The position numbers and the translations under genes are program-made. The notes under the pieces are model-generated. The model ran no database searches. It was given only the letters and a program-made list of their open reading frames with translations, and was not told where the DNA came from. Positions 1-56,272 of a DNA stretch of 64,000 bases are shown piece after piece. Each line of letters begins with the position of its first letter. The first letter of the stretch is position 1. Origin of the DNA: Bugula neritina (Eukaryota > Animalia > Bryozoa); NCBI GenBank assembly GCA_964035545.1, contig OZ037766.1:30742773-30806772 (forward strand). Reading direction: 5' to 3'.

Positions 1-1073
1 ATTCACACTGTTTACTGGCTTGAAACTTCCATGCTATGACTAAGACTAACAAGTTGTCAGGAGTTAGCTCCATATCTTCCAAAAACTTCATGACTCCATT
101 GGCTGTCATTTTGGTAGAATCTCTTTCATCTGCAATAATATTTATTATATAATATTATAATATAAAAAGCAGCAACAGCTGAAATTTCAATATAGGAAGT
201 TAATGACAAAATTAACAAAAAAATATCTATTTGACCTTTGTAGCGAGAAAAGAGGTGTTCTAGTTTGGCTCGATCCACTGTGCTCCGTGATGAACTGTGA
301 GAAGAAGATTGAGAGTACCTATCAGCGTGCTGAAAGTAGTGGTCAATTGCTTGGTCTACCTTCCAGTCAAATGATGTGAGACACTGTAGAGCCACCCTCT
401 CAGCAGCGTGTGTGAATGACATAAACTGCCTTAGTTTGTCTTTCTGTGATGACTTCAACTTTGCTGACTTGAAGTATACATCAAATAGTGTAATGCAGCA
501 TAGAGAAGCTTAAAATAAAGTGAAGGAGACCAATTAGGTTGCTTTTGCTAAAATAAATTGTATAAATTTATTTATAAACATAAAGTTATGATTATAATTA
601 AGTTTAACTATTAGTATTAGCATTAGCCATTACTATAAGTAGAACTATAAGATTAAGTATAGGTAATCAGTGAAATTCTACTATAACCTATAACTTATAC
701 ATATAAGTATAACTAGTAATATCACCAATAGTATCACTATTATTAAATTAATATACTGATATCAATATTACCTTTAGCCTTAAGTTTACTTGTTAACTGT
801 TGAGGAATATTAAATTTAATATTAATAACAATAATAATATTATTAAAAATATTAATATAGATATAGCGATGGCCCATAATTACTACTGGTAGTAGTACTA
901 GACAAAGTATGAAAGTTACACTTAAAGTTTCTTCGACACCAACATGAATATTAAATAATCACCAGTCTCAGTGAATGTAATTTGTATTTAAATTCAACGT
1001 TTCGGGGAAACTCAAACTACATCACTGTCAGAATGAGAGTGAGAATGAGAGTCAGAGTGAGAGTGCTTACCAT
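1..1073 (-). CDS. DCUN1D1: DCN1-like protein (defective in cullin neddylation 1), 5' part; exons 1073-1071 (ATG only), 467-236, 129-<1
   Basis: Spliced translation M|SAKLKSSQKDKLRQFMSFT...WKVDQAIDHYF (UBA-like) ...KLEHLFSRYK|DERDSTKMTANGVMKFLEDMELTPDNLLVLVIAWKFQASKQCE matches DCN1 family motifs. GT-AG boundaries are phase-consistent. Confidence 0.92.
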
Positions 1074-2190
1074 TTTGTTTTTGTTTTTCGTTTATTACTA
1101 TTATTATTCTACCGATTTAAACTCGAAACTGGTCCGTATATTTTCAAGCAAAGTATTGAAAGCTTATTTTACATAATAGTATATTACAAAAGAGAGTGTG
1201 GTGAAATACTAAAATTAAAATCTCAGCTTGAGAATGATAGATAGTCCAAAGCTATCAGACTGTTGCAAAATCACAAAGTGATACCAGAAACGCAGTAAAT
1301 CTTCAAGCCGATAAATAAATACGAATTTTTCGTGCCATGCACGATAACGTTAAAATGTAAATATATTTTTTCGACTATTTTCAAAACGAAAGTACGCCCT
1401 TGATTTTCTAGGTTCACGTGCCATTTGTTTAGTAAACATACACGCATGTCACTGGTGTTAAAAAACCACAATGGCTGCAATAGTTACAATTATGAAAACC
1501 ACTAAATTTAAACTTGAGCATATTAAATAAATGTTTCATGAAGTATTTAGTAGTTTTTGTTACTGCAATTGACACTTAGCATTGCAATGGTGCAATGGCA
1601 GCATATTTTTAGTAAATATACTACACTTGTCTCAAAATAACAATGATGATTCATAACACAATGCATTATTTTTATATCAACTCCATGCTCATCATCAGCA
1701 ATACTATGTTTGGTTTCTAAAAAAGGCATTAAGTTTATGTCCATCATTGAAAAGCAGTGAACCTTAAATAATTCAAACTAAAAATTCATCAAACAAGTCA
1801 TGCAGTTATATTCGTCACATATATTAAATATTTGAGTTGCACTTATTTCAGCTCTAACTTGTATGCACTGATTGATAATGTTGAACAAATAAAAACTGTA
1901 CAAGCAGCTTCCTGAAGTTAAAATATAATTGACATATAGGCTATTTATCACATTCATTAGTGATATAATTATGAATATGAAATAATTTGACGTACATCTA
2001 TATGTTTGAAACTCTACAATATCATATAGTATATATAGGCTACAGCAGATATACTTAGGCCCAAGGACTATATTAAAACTATTCTGAAACTTTTGCCTAA
2101 TTTGATAGATTAACATGCATGATCAAGTTCCATACTCATCTCAAAGGCAGCCAAAGCTGCATATAAGTTCTTGTCTGTTCTAGAATGTTC

Positions 2191-2320
2191 TGAAAGAGTA
2201 CTCTCGCACCTATGAAAGAGTACTCTTGCACCTATGAAAGAGTACTCTCGCACCTATGAAAGAGTACTCTCGCACCTATGAAAGAGTACTCTCCAGCTAT
2301 GAAAGAGTACTCTCTAGCTA
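2191..2320. repeat. 22-bp minisatellite (tgaaagagtactctcgcaccta), about 6 copies, each containing the palindrome agagtactct
   Basis: Direct reading of the tandem units. Confidence 0.9.
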
Positions 2321-2780
2321 TGATTATTGTTTTATAAAAGTGCCTAATTATTTAAGTCATGCAGGAAAAAAGAGAGACTTGGCCGTTCAGTCAATGATTT
2401 CAATGTTGAACTTTAGACTGGATTATGTTGTTTGTAAAATAATCTATCAGCAACAACCCTCATTTGTCTATTATGAGTCTATTATGAGTCTATTATGAAA
2501 ACCATCATAATATTGTAGCATAGGCAAACTGCATGTGAGACGTTGCTATGTCTGTATATTAAAATTCAATTAGAATATAGAAACTTTAGCTTCTCAAATA
2601 GCTGAAACCTTTGTGCAAATATGGATGTTTATAATGATATGATGTGTTGTTTTGTGAATGAATCAAATATAACACTTATTATTAAACAACTGTTATGTCA
2701 TTTTCATTGTTTATTTTACATATTTTTGTATTCTGTATTATTTTTAAAGCTTAAAAAATGAACAATGCATTTTAATAGTT

Positions 2781-3647
2781 TTAATTAAACAACCCTTGAA
2801 GATATCCATAGCAAACCCCTGCTAAGTGAGCAGAATTCTCTACTTTCTGAGATGAACCTGCCATCATTTTATAAGCATCAAGGATGGCGCAAGGCCACAC
2901 AATGTACTTGGTTGGCACCTCCAGTGAGATTATCTCCTTCAACAAAGGCACAGACAACTTCACTTCTGGATACTCGGAAACTGTGTAGGCGTAGAGAGAT
3001 AAAATGGCCGCTGAGGCTCCTTGAGCCATTGGCCATCGCTTTGGCCGAAGAACGTTGCTGATGTAACTGCCTAAGCAGCCGAATAAACCGCCATTAGTGT
3101 ACACGTGAGCCATAGTGTAGGCATCTATAGGCATCGCTGCCTCTATTACCGTCAAAGCCAACATGTTCATACATATATGCTGGACATCAATGTGGTTAAA
3201 CACACTGCCAAACATAGAAGGAACTGCTGTCTTGCTGTAGACGCTACATATCAAATACTGTCTCTCAAATCGTCTGAACCTAGCCCAGTTATTCCTCTTT
3301 GCCATTTGGGAAATAGCAAAAACAGAAACATTAGCTAGAACGATTCCTTTGAATAGAGTATCCTTTGAAATCTTTTGCCTTGAATGGTCAGTGTAGAGTT
3401 CAGGATTCTTCTTCTTGTGGTAGGCGAGTAGCCAATTGCTACCAGCTGCAAAAGAGGCTACAAAGATGGTTGGTTTGACTAAAAATGATAAACGGTATTT
3501 CAGTTGCCCAGGCTTTTGGTTGCTGGAAGATTCAATAGTTTCAATGATAATGTTCTTGCGCTGTGATAGTAGCAACTTGAACTTTCTAGAACAAACTTTG
3601 CTGCTACAGTTCAAAGACCGTCCAGCTGCTGTAATTAATGCCAACAT
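2781..3647 (-). CDS. PARL: PARL-like mitochondrial rhomboid serine protease, single coding exon, 288 aa
   Basis: Basic/hydroxylated N-terminus resembling a mitochondrial presequence; SVFNHIDVQHICMNM (rhomboid HxxxxHxxxN motif); catalytic GASA (GxSx) and downstream SAHLAG His; several hydrophobic segments. Divergent, so it may be a paralogue. Confidence 0.8.
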   Translation of the reverse strand: MLALITAAGRSLNCSSKVCSRKFKLLLSQRKNIIIETIESSSNQKPGQLKYRLSFLVKPTIFVASFAAGSNWLLAYHKKKNPELYTDHSRQKISKDTLFKGIVLANVSVFAISQMAKRNNWARFRRFERQYLICSVYSKTAVPSMFGSVFNHIDVQHICMNMLALTVIEAAMPIDAYTMAHVYTNGGLFGCLGSYISNVLRPKRWPMAQGASAAILSLYAYTVSEYPEVKLSVPLLKEIISLEVPTKYIVWPCAILDAYKMMAGSSQKVENSAHLAGVCYGYLQGLFN

Positions 3648-4046
3648 CCCAACAGCCAGCCAGTGGGAGTGGTAGATCTGTTTTATTTAGCCTGGAAAAT
3701 GGTCAAATTATTCAATATAACAATACAATGTTTAATGCATTTCATATGAGTGCACGTAAATCATATTAGTTTGATGTATGAAATAATACTATTAGATACA
3801 CATTTTGAATTTTGTGCTTGTATTCAAAATATTAATCTAAATAGTAACTCATTACACCCACTCATTGTCTTTATTATAATATTATTTCAAAAAGAAAAGT
3901 GTTGTATAAACTTTTCGATAAAAAATTGTTTTGTTATAATAATTCAAGGTCTTCTTAATTAGCAAAAAATATCTCCAATCCAAAAATTGAAATTGCAAAG
4001 AAATTATAATTTTATATATGCAACGGTTTCTTATACATTGTGATGT

Positions 4047-4049
<3 letters not shown>

Positions 4050-4104
<55 letters not shown>

Positions 4105-4116
4105 TATATATATATA
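4050..4116. repeat. (TA)n microsatellite
   Basis: Direct reading. Confidence 0.95.
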
Positions 4117-4664
4117 ATTTTTTAGTTACATAAAAAATCCTTATAACTAAAAATATATAGTAAAATGGTATTATGTTTTAAGTGTTATTTTACAACATTT
4201 ATAATTTGAATAAATGAGAGTAAGCAGTTGTCCAGTAAACTTTTACCTTGGAGGCAGGGTTTAGTAATGGACAGTAGAATGGGAGCCATTAGTAAAATAA
4301 CTATTTATTATTACCTGCATGCTATAAAGTTCAGCTAAAAGTCAATATATAGCAAATAAAATTAATTATATTTCAATATGTTTATTATATATGTATATTT
4401 TTGTGCTTATTAAGTTCAAATTACTTTTTATTTCAAAATATGTAAAGCAAATATTTTAAATAACATTATTAAACTTTTTTAATAGCATCATTAATAACAA
4501 TTTACCAATAATTATAGTGTATACTAAATTATAACTATAAAGTTATATAGATATATTTTTTTCTTATTAGCCAATAAAAGCCTAAAATCAGATATAAAAG
4601 TTGAATAGAATTTTTTTCTACTCACATGGCTTTTTGTTTTTCATGTTTAAATGCAAAGCATTAG

Positions 4665-5187
4665 TGTCACAAATTCTGAGTGTACATATACCTATAAATA
4701 GACTTACCGGGTTTTTCCTAATGATTATACAGGAATGTTCATAAATATTCTAGACTAATCAAAGAGATGGGTCATTGTTCATTGTTACTGTTTTGGTTAG
4801 TCATGTTAACTACTGCCCAGCAATGTAAACAAGGTATTGCGCAATAATTGCGAAATAACCATGGAAATTCCAATGTTTTGTTTTGTTTTGATTTTCTATA
4901 AATAGTATTGGCATGTGGGGAATGTTTTCTACTAGAATCTTCTATACTGGAATGCTTGAGAATGTTCTAGAGTGTTTTGTTTACTATAAATACTGAGGCA
5001 GTTGTGTTTACGAATCAGTTCATTTTTATAAATTCATCTGTGCATATCTTACTAGAAAAATAAAGTCTACTTATTCACAACTCTATTTACTCACAACTGG
5101 ATTAGCAAGCTGTATGCTACTTGTCTATACACTTCCGACTACCAGACTTTTCGAACTCGTCACACTGCTACCAACAGTTTTGTGACA
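4665..5187 (+). mobile_element. Solo LTR, 523 bp (Gypsy or BEL/Pao type)
   Basis: Starts TGTCACAAA and ends TTTGTGACA (TG...CA inverted ends); 5-bp target duplication ATTAG at 4660-4664 and 5188-5192; TATAAATA at 4985 and AATAAA at 5059. Confidence 0.85.
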
Positions 5188-5879
5188 ATTAGACAAAGCA
5201 CTTTTTTATTTGACTGCAGCCATAAATACTGATATGGTTGAGCTTTTACATGTATATCTCTATTTTCTTTTCAAGCTAAAAGTGTAATAGACATGCAGTA
5301 ATTTTCTCTCATAAATGTATGGTATTGTTTACAGCTATATATAATGTACTAAAAGGTTATGGATGCCATGCTGAATAATGACGAGCTCTGAAAATAGTCT
5401 GAATGATAAATTTGCCACAAGATAAGGCTTTACAATCTACATTTAAAATACTTTAATCTCCTTACATCATTATGGTGACTTTGTAATAACATAAAATAAC
5501 CACATATTATAAATTTATTATTTTTTCAACTTTCAGACCTGCATAGAAAAAACAAAAGCTTTATAGTTAAAGCTAGATTGATATTCAGCAACATGGAGCT
5601 ATTATAGAATCTAGAAACATTGCTTCTTAGTTCTGCACATGAAAGTATACTTGGTTAATAAAACATGATGGCCTTCTGTGTAGCTCAAAAGAAAGATGTG
5701 TTTTTTACAAAGTTCTTGTTCACTCAGAAGATTAACTTTTGAAAAAAATTTTGCAGAAAAGTTGTCAACATTCCTGGAAAATTTTTAACTTTCTTTCTGG
5801 AACTGTTGGAAATAGAAGCTTTCTTATTACGTGCACTCCACTAGTGTTTCAGTTTTAGTATGAAGGGAAAAACGAGTCA

Positions 5880-6190
5880 CTTATGTATTTGGAGTTGCCC
5901 TTTCTTAAATTTTCTAACTCGCTAAGAATTCGTGGAGCAGCGCAACAACGATATTATGATTTTATTTCATTCCGGCGGACATGTGTATGTTGAATTACTA
6001 AAATTTAGCGACCCCAGCTACTCATTTTCTTATGGTGACCTTATTGGCTACTGCTAATAATCCAAACGCATGATTGGGTTGTTTGGTTAGCCGAATTCTA
6101 TTAGAAACAGGAAACACATTTATTTATATCGGGCAAGCTTCTGATGTTTATCCTTCAATTATTTCGATGGAAAGTGTATCTGTAAGTGTA
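5880..6190. promoter_or_regulatory. Candidate bidirectional promoter shared by the rhomboid gene (minus) and MEGF8 (plus)
   Basis: Locally CpG-richer; two ATTGG (CCAAT) boxes about 30 bp apart (~6043, ~6073); plus-strand donor gtaagt at ~6182 that could join the acceptor just upstream of the MEGF8 ATG; minus-strand donor-like site at ~5880. Inference only. Confidence 0.4.
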
Positions 6191-6649
6191 AGCGCTTTAA
6201 AGTTTATGGAATTATGAATTTCACCTTTTAAAACTAAGATATATTTTAACATACTCATTCTGTGATTAAATAAATTTTCAAATTATGTTATCTGAATCCA
6301 CCCTGACTCTGCAGCTTCTATTACTTGAATCACTGCGATGGTCATGATCACTTCATCATCATGATGATTATCAATATGAATATCATATTCATTATCATGT
6401 CAACATGATCATGATGATGATATTCCATTTCATATTCATATTGATAATGATTATAATTGTTAAAATGAAATTATAGAAATCATGTAGTTAATCATAAATG
6501 ACAAAAATATAATGCAATTTTAAATATACTGTTGGTACTATAAACTTTGTATTATTAAATTTAATAATCATAATGATACTAGCCACTATGACTATGACAT
6601 TGACTAGGCCTAACAGTAAGTCATAGTAAATGTAACTCTAAAGTCTAAT

Positions 6650-7403
6650 TATAAAAGTAAAGAAGCCAAACACCCGCGTATAAACTAGGTGATGCTGACA
6701 TACCTTGGACAGACAAGACTCGCTATCTTGGTATCACGCTCCAGCAAGATCTAAAGTTTGACCAACACATCGCTCAAAAAACCAGCAAAGCAACCAAAAT
6801 TCTTGGGGCTATTAAATACACACTACATTCTGCACCTACCAAAAGCCGATTATTGGCATACACTAGCCTGTGTCGACCGATACTGGAGTATGGGGACACT
6901 CTATGGGATCCCACCAGTAAACAGACCATTAAATTCATAGAAAGTGTTCAACGGAAAGCTGTCTGCTTCATAAGTACTGTTAAAGGACGGGAAAGTGTCA
7001 CTGAAGCCAGAAATCTTCTTGAACTGGTACCACTAGAATCCAGAAGACGAAACCATCGAATGACATTACTACACAAAATTCTAGAAAATGAAACCAGCAA
7101 TAATACTTTATCTTCTAATTATGATGAGATCGTCAACAACCGATTAAATACAACTATGACCACTAGAGCTGCGAGCAGAGGACAGTTAACATCAATATCT
7201 GCAAAGACTACCACAACAGCTTCCTTCCCCGAACAATACGGGATTTGAGAATAAATATTCATGAATAATTAGAAAAAAATTGGTGATATGCTGATTCACT
7301 GCCTACCCACTGTAACACACTGTTATAAACGAAGCATTTAACTTACACATTTTTGTGATATCTAAATGTTCTATCGACACAGAGTGAGTACAGAGTGAGT
7401 ATT
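6650..7403 (+). mobile_element. 5'-truncated non-LTR retrotransposon (CR1/Jockey-like ORF2 C-terminus)
   Basis: Frame reads ...TRYLGITLQQDLKFDQHIAQKTSKATKILG...AYTSLCRPILEYGDTLWDP...IESVQRKA...LESRR, the typical post-RT region of LINE ORF2. Frameshift near 7210 (YHNSFLPRTIRD is in another frame); short tandem tail (acagagtgagt)x2; possible TSD agtctaat at 6642-6649 and 7404-7411. Confidence 0.88.
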
Positions 7404-8026
7404 AGTCTAATAGTAATACTAATACTAATAGACTGATTGAATTTAAGCGATACTAATTATACTTAAACTTACAGTATGAGTATGAGTATTGGCATGTATT
7501 TTATGTAAAATATGTTTATTAAGTTTATTTTTATGTCATTGAAAATAAATTAAAATGGAAAACGTATTACTTGTTTACTAAACTTGTTGTAATGCTCTAC
7601 TAGATTGTATGATTTTAATTATAGGTTATTTAACATTTGTGTTTTACTATTACTAGTTATTGTAATAACTATACTGTCAGCTATTCAGTCGTGGTTACAT
7701 TTGAAACTAGAATTGATTGATCAAAGTGACCAAGCAAAATAGTTATGCTTCAGTCTTTTGTGCAGAAATGTAGCTATACTGTATTCAGTAAGCCACAAAC
7801 CAATCTGATAACATTTAGATACACTTATTAAAGGTTTCTAGCAAAACTTGACTAATTGTAATGGTTGTATAAAATCTCATCGAGTTTAAGCTTTAAGTAT
7901 TGTATGTATTTATTTTTATAGCTAGTAAATAAATTCTTAACTATATTCTATGGGTTTCCCTTTTTAGAAGTCAATGAATGAGTTCTCTGATAGCCAAAGG
8001 TAAAATTGGTTCTGCCCTGGACTAGC

Positions 8027-52142
<44,116 letters not shown>

Positions 52143-53543
52143 TAGATCATAGGCCCGTTTAAACTACATTCCAAGTTGTTGACTCATTCACACAGCAGCT
52201 AATACATGATAAATATATTTCTTGTTAGTTTGAGCAAATCTATAGAATTATCTGATGACCCAGTAAAATATTGTGCAATTTTATAGCTGGTGCCAGACTT
52301 CCCTGCCAATATGTGGCGTGTTGCTGTATGTATGCATATGGTAGTCTACTCTATTTTATATAGTTTTATATGTTTTAATTATATATATTTTATATAGGAG
52401 AACTGAGCCGAATTATTTCCCAATTATGCAATAAGTTATTCAGATACAAATTCACAATGATTCACTCCTTACCCGACATTGTGCTATATAACCTAGGTGT
52501 GCTTGCAAAAAGCCTACTACTCACTGTTGCTTATAGCCTTTGAATCTCATGACTATTCTATTAACTGGATTTCTATTTTAGCCTTCAATTCTTTATATTT
52601 TTGCAATAAATTTTGCAAATTTGGAAATGAAACTTGAGTTATGATTATTAAATACTTGTAAATGCTATGTGATTCTCTTTTATGTTGCTGATTTTTTCGG
52701 AAATGCAGTTGCGTTGAATGTGCAATGTTGACTAAAAACACAACTTACTTGCATAAAAGTGTCTTTGAAAGGCAACTATTTACATATTACTTTATGTTAA
52801 CATTGATTTGCATAACTTAGTTTAGTGGCTCGTATAGTAGTTTACTTGAAGCTCTGCAAGGAATGACATTCCAAGTTTATTATATTAATATAGTTACAGC
52901 TAACTGAGGAGGTTTGTGTGTAGAATGCAACTACACACAAACCTACGAACCTCAGTGCTATTTTTTGATATCCCAAACAATAATAGTAATACACAAAATA
53001 TGTAAAGGTGAAAGATAGCTAGCTGCTAAATTGATATGCTTCAACACAGCTTCTGTTCTTCTTGAGAGAAGACTGAACATTTTCTCTTTAATAATTCATT
53101 GGGTAGAGATAAAAATAATATCACAATTACTACTGCAACTCAGGTTCATGAATCTAATTTTTGTCATTTGCTATCAACATAGCTTATATATTATGTATGC
53201 AAAATGTTTATATATTCTATATTCAGTATTGTGGCTAGCTTTTACTTGTTTGTATATAATGGCTTATTCCAATCAATAATTGATGCTTATTTTGGATGGA
53301 ATAAACTTGATTCCGAACTGCAGTTTTTGTTACAGAACCAAGAAAATCAATCAAATTTTATCTTTATTTGATCCGGCTGAATGTGATTTCAGATTTGCAT
53401 TTTATACTAATCAAACATACTATGCATGGTTAGGGATAGTAACTTTAGCGTTCAGTTGTTACACAGCAGCCTAGCTAACAACCTACATGCTGCTAATTGT
53501 TCACATCTAGTCGGCTACACAAAGTATATTATTTTATTTCAAG

Positions 53544-56272
53544 ATGGCACCCTTCGGCTTCATACTAAGTAAGTACATATGTTTTACTATGAAAGTTTTA
53601 TTATAAAAGGATATATATCATTGTTTTAATGCGTAATGTGTGTTGTGACATGGTTTTGGCTGGTTTTTATATTGCCCCTCAGCCAATCAACTTTAAGAAC
53701 ACTACAAATGAAAAATATATAAGTAGAGACCTGATGGAGAAAAAGAACTACCTAGCGAGAAGATTACCATCTAGGATAGACATTTCCTCAAGTTATTGAA
53801 CAGCTAGCAGAATTGCCACTGTTGGAGTTTTAAAATATTCCACAATGTTTAGTTGAGATTATATAGCAAATTTTCTAGGATGAAATATTGTCCCTTTTGA
53901 ATTACTATTATTTATTTGATTAAAGACTATGTATGTATCTCATTATAGATGAATTTAGATGGTTTGTTAAAATAGCATTTGATTGAAAGCAAACTCACTC
54001 TTTCAGTCCAAAATGTTTATTTTTATCCCTGGGCTTATTTTCCTATGGTTGAAATATTAACTTCCAAGACTTTTTTGAAATGTTGCCACTACTAGTCATT
54101 GTTTTTTGTATTAGTCTACATGCAGAACTTTGCTAACTTCTAAATTTTGATTTTGTTGACAGTTGTTACAATCTTCCAAGTAGAAGGTCAAGGCGTGATG
54201 CACTTCAAGCGAAGTAGCCAGTTAGACAACTATCACTATGACTCTCTTACCCCCAGTAATCTGTACAGTGTGACTCACTGTGCCAGTCAGTGTCTAAACA
54301 ACGCTTTCTGTCTCGGATTTCTCTTCACAACCACCAAGTGTCGTTTAATCAAGTGTTTTAAGTCTCACATTCCGGCAGACTCTCAAGTTCTTCTAGAATC
54401 TTCTATTTATACAACCGATGCCACACCATCTCTGCAGAGCAACCTAGCTTTAGGTATGCAACCAGAACTGATGGCTTGATATAATAGTATCAGGGTTTGT
54501 TACATGCAGTTATAAATAGATTGCACTATATTTTAACTTCCTGCTGTTGATTAGTTGATCATTTTCTACAAACAACTTGCCTGTATTATAGATTTTTAAG
54601 GCTAAAAATAGCCAAATTTAAAATATATATTATAAATAGAAAGAATGCAAGTTGTAACTACACTAGAGCTTATTAGAGCTATAAATAGCCATCTATATAA
54701 ATAGAAACAATTCAAGTAATTATTACTAGTTTATAGCTTTATCTATACAGTTTTCATTTCCTTCTATAAATAGAAGGAAATGAAAACTGTTGGTAAACTA
54801 ATTCAAAGTAAAGATATAAATTGCAAGTCTTCTAGAATATGAAACATTTTAGGAGTTGCATTTCCTGAAACCTTGCTCCAATTTGCATTTAATATTAATC
54901 TTTTCCCCATCTATGTTATTTTCTGTTATGTGTATGTTTACTTTACTTAGCTTCACCAGATTGAAATATTCATTAATACAATTTTAATTGAAATTTGTTT
55001 GGTATTGAAAACTAAACGCATGCAACTAGTAATTAGAATATCTGTCCCATATTCAAGCCATGAATGAAAGCAGTCGAAAGCTGTAACTTTCAAAAAGCTA
55101 TAAATACTAAAGTCTTTTTTAACTTCTGTGTACTAAAACACAGACTGCCATAATTTTTCCATTTGAGCTTGAGCTCTGGTCAAGCAGAAGCCCTACCAAA
55201 ACTGAAACATGTTAGATAATATATAGCAAAGTAAGCACAATATAACAAATTCACGGTATGAAAAAGGAAGCAAATTGAATTATTTAAATAGGAAAGCCAG
55301 CTTGGCAAAGCTCTACCTTTAGACAAAGAGAAGCTGACCATTGTACTGATGGAGACTACAGAGCCAATTATGATCACCTCTGTCAAAGTGCTGACTCAGA
55401 TAGTCAGCCATGGTGGAGAGTTGACTTGGAAGATGTTTATTGTGTCTGGGCTGTGAAGATCGTGAACAGAGATGACCCATGTGAGTCATAGACATGTATT
55501 TCAGTTTGCAAAAGATATATTTGAAGTTTCGACTGGGCTAGTTGACCTTCTTAAAATCTAATTGGTTGATTTTAAAATACAGTCAATTTTTATCATTGGT
55601 AACTCTTCATAGCTAAAAAGCTTTTAAACATGTAGCACTACGTTGTACAAAACTTATAAACATGAGCTATAAGTCACCCTGACTTTAATTTTGTCATAAT
55701 TGGTAAAAATAACTTCCTTATGTAATAAAATACTTATTAAATGGTGTTCATGTTCACTTATGAAAATTAACAAGAGCCCATCATTACCTGGGCAGTAGAT
55801 TTATATTATCCATGGAGTGTTAATTGGAATGAGATATTCATTCTGCAGTTTTAATTGAAATAAAGTATTCCTACTCTTAAGAATAGCTCTAAATAAATTG
55901 ATAGCTACAAATTATACATTTTGATTAATTAATAAGCTTCAAAAGAAATTGAGTATTTGCTAATTGGCTGATATAACTAAACTAATGGTTTTGTTGATTA
56001 ACTAATCCCAAACTAAAATGGCTGCCGATTTTACAGCATATGGAATTCGCACAAAGAATGTTCTCATCACCGTATCTGCTGAAATTACAGACCTCTTTTT
56101 CACAGGAAACGATGATATATTCTGCAATTATCATCATGGTAGTTTAAGTACAACTGACCCTACTCTAATTGCATGTGATAAGTCAATGATGGGCAGGTAC
56201 GTGCAGTTAGAGCTATTAGTCGAGGGTGATACAGGTATAAATATGGCAGAAGTTGAAGTACAAGGATTATAA
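53544..56272 (+). CDS. Secreted PAN/apple plus F-type lectin (fucolectin-like) protein, 4 exons (53544-53568, 54163-54453, 55292-55480, 56037-56272), 246 aa
   Basis: Signal peptide MAPFGFILIVTIFQVEG; PAN-like CASQCLNNAFCLGF...KCRL; F-type lectin signature NLALGKPAWQSS...DG...QPWWRVDL...VKIVNRDD...GRYV...AEVEV. All introns phase 1. Confidence 0.85.
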
